This document shows, piece by piece, positions 58,303 to 64,000 of a stretch of DNA of 64,000 nucleotides (positions are counted from its first letter, which is position 1; every line of letters starts with the position of its first letter). This DNA comes from Lingula anatina (lineage: Eukaryota > Animalia > Brachiopoda). Made by a program: the position numbers and the translations under genes. Under the pieces are notes generated by a model. The model saw nothing but the letters and a program-made list of their open reading frames with translations. It made no database searches and was not told where the DNA came from. The stretch covers positions 22,134,001 to 22,198,000 of the forward strand of contig CM120640.1 of the NCBI GenBank assembly GCA_051362555.1. The letters run 5' to 3'.

Positions 58303-61300
58303 ATGGACAGACCCACATTGTACAACAATCTCGTTAAGAGATTATATCAACGAGAGACACAGGTGAGAATAAATAATGTTCGACATCCGTCTCCGTTAAG
58401 TGAACACTATAAGTAAAGTTTGCTCTTAGCTGTTGGAAATTTAGGGAAGCATAAATAAAGATTGGCATCGAAATGGGACTAAACGTTTTTCAATTAATCT
58501 TATGATTCCACGATTCAACCTTGCTCGTACGTGTCGCTCATAGAAATACCAAGCACACAGAATTGCCAGACATGGGTTTATAGTTGTACATTTGGTATCT
58601 GCATGATCTTGGTATCTCCACCTCAACTCCCTCCTGACAGCATACAGTCAATCCTTTTATATACATAGGTCAATGGACTTTTGTCGTACAAATTAGATTT
58701 TAATTGGCAGCACCAACAAAGTTGTTCATTGCTGTAAATTAAATCATTAATTACTTTTTATTAGAGTTACAGGGATAACATCTAAATGTGCACATCACAA
58801 TAAAATTCAACTGTTCATTTTATATATTCAAGTAGGTTAGCATTATATGATATTTATGTAACACAATCATTATGTATATTCAGCCATGTAGTACAGACTT
58901 TATATAATACACAGGGGCGGATTTAGGCCGTCTTCTGGGTCTTCCGGAAGATGGTCAGATTTTCAAGTTTACATTGACGGGTATCTATTTTTTTCTGTCG
59001 GAAGACGGTCAAAAATACAGGATGGATCAACAAAGATAATTTAGAAGACTGTCAGAAAATATCTTTGGATCCGCCCCTGATACATATTCTGATGATTCAT
59101 GATTTGAACCCTGTATCTTTACTTAAGTGTTGCTTACAGACATGCCCAAACACAAAGAATATTCTTGGTATCAGCATGCTGTCAAATCTTTCCACCTCTT
59201 TACTACCCCACCTGTTGTCAGTCAGCCTACCTATATACACATGTTATTGGACTATTGTTATAAAATTTTAATATTGGGCAGGATATAAAAAGTTGTAAAT
59301 GACTTTAAGTGAAATCATTAATTACTTTTAATTAGAGTTACACGCATTGGCAGCAAGGTCTCTAACACGGAAATTCATGTATTAGCACTTGTATTTCCAA
59401 TTTCTGATATGCACTGTTGTGCTAAGTCATGAAAGCAAATGGCTTAAAAACCTGTAATATGACGACTAGCTAGCTAGCTTGCACATCCAGTGTGATGCGG
59501 GAGCTCTCAGATCTTTAAATCCTGTAAAGCCAACCAGTTTTCTTATTGACATAGCCATGAGTAAGGATTGTTTAAATAATAAAAAAGCAATAGAAATTTA
59601 ATTTAAATAAAGCAATAGAAATTTAATTTAAATAAAATTTAAATTGTCTTTTTTTCATCAATGGAGGTTAGTCTTATAAAGTATTTAGCATATATCCTTG
59701 GTAGAAAAAAAATGAAGAAAAACAGTGAAGGAAGTCTGCTTTTTTTCAAAGGTTAAAAGAAATGTTATGTTTACAAATGGGTGAATTCAGAGTGTTATTC
59801 ATCAGCACAAGTTTATATATATATCAGCTCTTGGACACAGTTTAAGCTGGCACCTAACACAGATCAGTCTTGATAATAAAACTTAAGTACTGTGTCCATT
59901 TGTCAATTAGCTGAATGATTTACTACTACCACAACTGACTGAGACAAATACTTCCAACCATTTTTTAGATGTTTCAGTTATTGTCACATTGTATAAAAAT
60001 GTTGATAACCATTTTAATGTTATCTGTTGTGAATATTGATTTAACAACTCTATTTCCACCTCCACCCACTATTTAATTTATTAAATATATCCTGCTGGAA
60101 TTTTAACCATCCTTCCTATTTTTGGTTTTCAGGACCGCTGCTGTGTAGGTTTCCAGAGGGCTCAGTACGTCACACCTGATCTTGTATCTAGGATAGGATT
60201 AGAGACAGAATTAGAGGTGAGAAGTAATTTTATGAAGCACATGAAAATAGTCCTTCTTATATTTAGTTCCTGTGTATGTTTTTATGTGTCATGTTAAGAT
60301 TTAGCTCTGACACACTCAAGCACAAAGTGAAAGAAGGTAAAAAAAGAAAAGAAAAAGCATAAAATATGTGGAAATTATTTGAATTAAAAAAAAAACTTCA
60401 TCTTCAAAATAACTTGGAAGTGTTGAATGTGTAAACATTGGGTAAATATTTTTAATGCAAAGGGCCAATTTCACATAATGTATTTAACCTGATTTCTCCA
60501 TAAACCTGCTTTTCATTAGATTACTTGTAAAACCCCGTTAATTCCCAATGCTGACCATATGTTACATATGGGAGTTGATAACCAGGTAAAAAGACTAAAA
60601 GTGTAGATTTGAAATCAATCAAAACTGCTTGATTTAAAAAATGGCAGAAGGTCAAGTTAGATAAATTGATTGATGAAAACCAGTAATTTTGGTGCCTAAT
60701 CCTGTTTGCTAAACAAAATGCAATGATAATCGTGGACTGCAGATCCACAAAACTGTAGCTGTCAGCTTGAAATGGAAAATGTACTTAGATATAAGCTGTG
60801 CTAATCTACAGTTTAATCACAAATCAATATATTTGTTGTAGTTGTTTTTGAAATGGGATTTAAATCAAGACATGATTATAGTGGTAGTGATATGTATTGT
60901 TAAGAGGTGTCTTTGAGCTGTACAGAATTCAGTGCCACTTGAGATTGTACTGGAGACCTTTACATTGATTTGACTGCATTATATATACTAGTAAACTATA
61001 TTCCTTTCATTTGAGTGTCCTGATGATATCTAGAAAGCATACATGTTTTATCTTGTTGATATGACATGTTTTAAAGGCTTACATATGATTTAAAATGACA
61101 TTTCCATACTCAAGAATTTGAAAAAACAAAAGGAAATATATAATGCTATTTTTCTAAAAATGAATATGATAAAAAACAGAAATTACACATAATAAGTTAA
61201 ATGACACCAATATACATTCACAATGAAAGAAAATATTGTTTATTGTTACACAAGCTGATAAGTCTGCTATTTAACTGGAGGAAAATCATTTTGTTTGTAA

Positions 61301-63917
61301 GTTGATCATATGTAAATCTGTCTAAGACTGCTGTGAACATGATATAAGTTAATTATTTGTTTTCTTCTTATTCAGGGCCATGCTGGCTGTGTCAACTGTT
61401 TAGAGTGGAACCATAATGGAAGGTGGGTTAATCCTGTCTCAATAAGTACACTAGCATAATTGATAATTAGTTATTTTATTATTATATTATCTTGAAGAAG
61501 CAATTATAAGTGGTATTTTAAGTGTAACTGTATGTTTCATTTTGTTCAGTTTTTTAGCCTTAGGCTTTTACCTTAATTTATGATCATGGTTATATGATTC
61601 GGAATAAAGAGCAGAAAGGGTTAGCTTTCATTGGGTACAAATACAAGGAAAGAAAAGGCAATGGCATGACTTGTGTTCCATATATGTTTGCAGTATATTA
61701 GCCAGTGGTTCTGATGACTGTCAAGTAATACTGTGGGATCCTTTGAGACACAGAAAGTTAACAACCATTCAAACAAGACACCAGGGAAATATCTTCACTG
61801 TGAAGGTAATTGTGTTTCTGAAAGACTTTTTAAATGAAAAAATATGTATAACAATATTGCTATAAGCAAAATAATATGAAGGAAGGCAATCTCTGTAATT
61901 GATCTCCATTATTGCTATATTACAACTGACACCACAGATTGAACCTGTAAAGGAAAACCAGCAACTGATATAGCATATTGCATTCTTCTTATTTTCTTGA
62001 ATCCCAACCCAACTTTTAACACAGATGTAATTGATTTTGAAAGAAAGAATACGTCATATTTGGAAAGTTAGTCTTTCAAATCACTTACCAGAGCAGAAAT
62101 GACTAGTGTTGGCTAGTCAGCAAGTGCTTTATGTACAAAATCAAACAGATCTTAGGAATGAGAAAGGATGCAAGACAACTCACCCCTCTCCTCCCTCTAA
62201 ATAAAAATGCAGTGCAGGACCATCTCAACACAAAAAATTGTCTACAAAAACCAGATTATATTACTAGAATTTTATTTTTCTTCTTTTTGACTTGATTGTC
62301 CTTTAATTCATTTCAGTTTTTACCAAGTTCCAATGATGGCACCATAGTGACTGGTGCTGCAGACTGTAAGATCCGTGTCCATGATGTAGCCAGTAAGGAG
62401 ATCACACACGTATTCAGTTGCCATGCTGGGAGAGTGAAGCGTGTGGCAGTGGCACCTAATGTACCCTTTATGTTCTGGAGTGCGGCTGAAGATGGGACTA
62501 TCATGTAGGCCATAAACAGATTTTCATTATAATGAGGTCATTAGTTGTAGAACTGATTTTCAGAGAGAGAATTTATTTTTTGGCACTAAATTTATTTTTT
62601 AAATGGACATGAGCACAGCTTTTACAGTTTCTTTTGTGTAGCTAGAATGTTACAATTTAGATTTGGAAAGAATGTAAACAACAGATATATAATGTGTTTT
62701 GGCTTATTAATTTAAAATGATTTGTACAGCCTACTCACTCCTTGTGTATTTCACTTGACTTGCAGGCAGTTTGACTTAAGAGAACCAGAGAGTGCATATG
62801 GTCCTAGTCCACATAATGTCCTCATCAACCTGAATGCTCACATGGGTCCTAATGCAGAGGCCAAATGTATCTCGATCAATCCATACCGACCTGAACTGTT
62901 GGCTGTGGGTGCTAATGACCCCTATGCTAGACTGTATGACAGACGAATGCTGTCATGTAAAAGTATACGGTTCCCCAATGAAAATACCCCTAGGTGAGAA
63001 AGATATGGGATGAAAAATGATGTAACATATGTAGTGAAGACAATGGGAGAAAGATATTGAATTATAAAACTTAGACACCAAATTGTCAAATTTATTTTTG
63101 TGCTGGGTTATTTTTTGTGATGAATCTGCTTTTTTCATCCTCTTGTGATAAAAAGTTTGTTACCTTTCCAAAGGGCTTTACCCCTCTTTTGTATCATAAA
63201 ATGTGTTTTTATTAAGTTTATACCAAAAAAGAGAGAGTTTATGGTTTTTGTTAATTTTGAAACATTTAAGTTTAGCTGTCAATTAGTATGCCTTCTCACT
63301 TAAAATTTCAGATCTCCTTGGGATCGCCAGAATCTTATCTACACACTTTCATCTGAAGAAGAGTTTGACATGCCTAGAAAAAGTGCTACATATTTTGTTG
63401 GAGGTATAACTTGAATTTGAAATCTTATTGCTTTGAATGCATTGTTTAATTGTACTTTTTGGCTATAACTGGAAGTAAGATCAACCTTTAAGTAGCTTTA
63501 ATACCCTCAGCTGACATTGAAGTTAGCGAATTTAGCATGTGGCTGACTTGTACATGTATATCACAAGTATTATCTTTATTAATATGTAGTAAAAAATGTT
63601 TTTGTGAATCATTATTGGACCTCATGAAAAATGAATATTTGTTTACAAGCTCAGATTATATCTGAATAAATAAGGTCCTTTCAAAACATGCTAATGATGA
63701 TTTATTACAGGTCACTTACCTCAGAAATTAAAGGATTTCAAGAAGAGGTATCGTACCTTGGCCTCCACGTATGTCACATTTGGTCCTGATGGCACGGAGC
63801 TGCTGGTGAACCTGGGAGGAGAACAGATCTACTTGTTTGATATCAATAAACCAAGGAAGCCACAAAGGCTGGAGTTGCCCTTCCAGGATCTCCTGGGCAG
63901 TAATGGTGTAGTGAAAG
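58303..63917 (+). CDS. WDTC1: WD and tetratricopeptide repeats protein 1 (adipose/DCAF9); 5' part, continues past the right edge
   Basis: Exons 58303-58362, 60133-60216 (RIGLETELE), 61376-61422 (GHAGCVNCLEWN), 61694-61805 (ILASGSDD...GNIFTVK), 62317-62504 (HAGRVKRVAVAP...FWSAAEDG), 62766-62993 (LAVGANDPYARLYDRRM), 63312-63403, 63711-63917 (TYVTFGPDGTELLVNLGGEQIYLFD). Confidence 0.93.
58912..59079. mobile_element. MITE with 11-bp TIRs and a 5-bp TSD (hAT5-like)
   Basis: CAGGGGCGGAT ... ATCCGCCCCTG, flanked by ATACA on both sides; internal GGAAGAYGGTCA sub-repeats. Confidence 0.8.
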
Positions 63918-64000
63918 GTTAGTGGGTGTTAGGGTAACAGTAAGAGACATTTATTTCTTTGGATTCATTTTGTTTTGGCTGTTTTACCATGTACAGTGGT

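Noticed and set aside
58738-59640. Short duplications (AAATCATTAATTACTTT.ATTAGAGTTAC twice; AAAGCAATAGAAATTTAATTTAAAT in tandem)
   Set aside because: Small AT-rich local duplications in an intron with no further structure.

Overview
This is AT-rich, intron-containing animal genomic DNA, probably from a lophotrochozoan such as a mollusc (inferred from gene content and repeats). It holds four host genes. (1) The 5' half of IBTK (ankyrin-RCC1-BTB) lies on the minus strand and runs off the left edge. (2) A complete still life/Tiam Rac-GEF (myristoylation-EVH1-PH-CC-RBD-PDZ-DH-PH) lies on the plus strand, head-to-head with IBTK. (3) A 3-exon, CpG-rich gene on the minus strand encodes a secreted beta-propeller-like protein with bacterial-looking motifs. 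(4) The 5' part of WDTC1 lies on the plus strand and runs off the right edge. The main feature is a young 8.07-kb Ngaro-type tyrosine-recombinase retrotransposon (15145-23216) in an upstream intron of still life, with identical split direct repeats A1...B1-A2-B2. It encodes Gag, RT/RNase H and a tyrosine recombinase, and carries its SGNH hydrolase upstream of gag. It also carries several non-coding structures: a duplicated YY1 module, a ~134-bp-period array of GGC-N11-GCCGC motifs, an A43 tract, two hairpins with different stems but the same loop, and a nested hairpin at the B1 boundary. MITEs, a Tc1 relic and microsatellites fill the introns. All coordinates were read by eye and may be off by a few bases.
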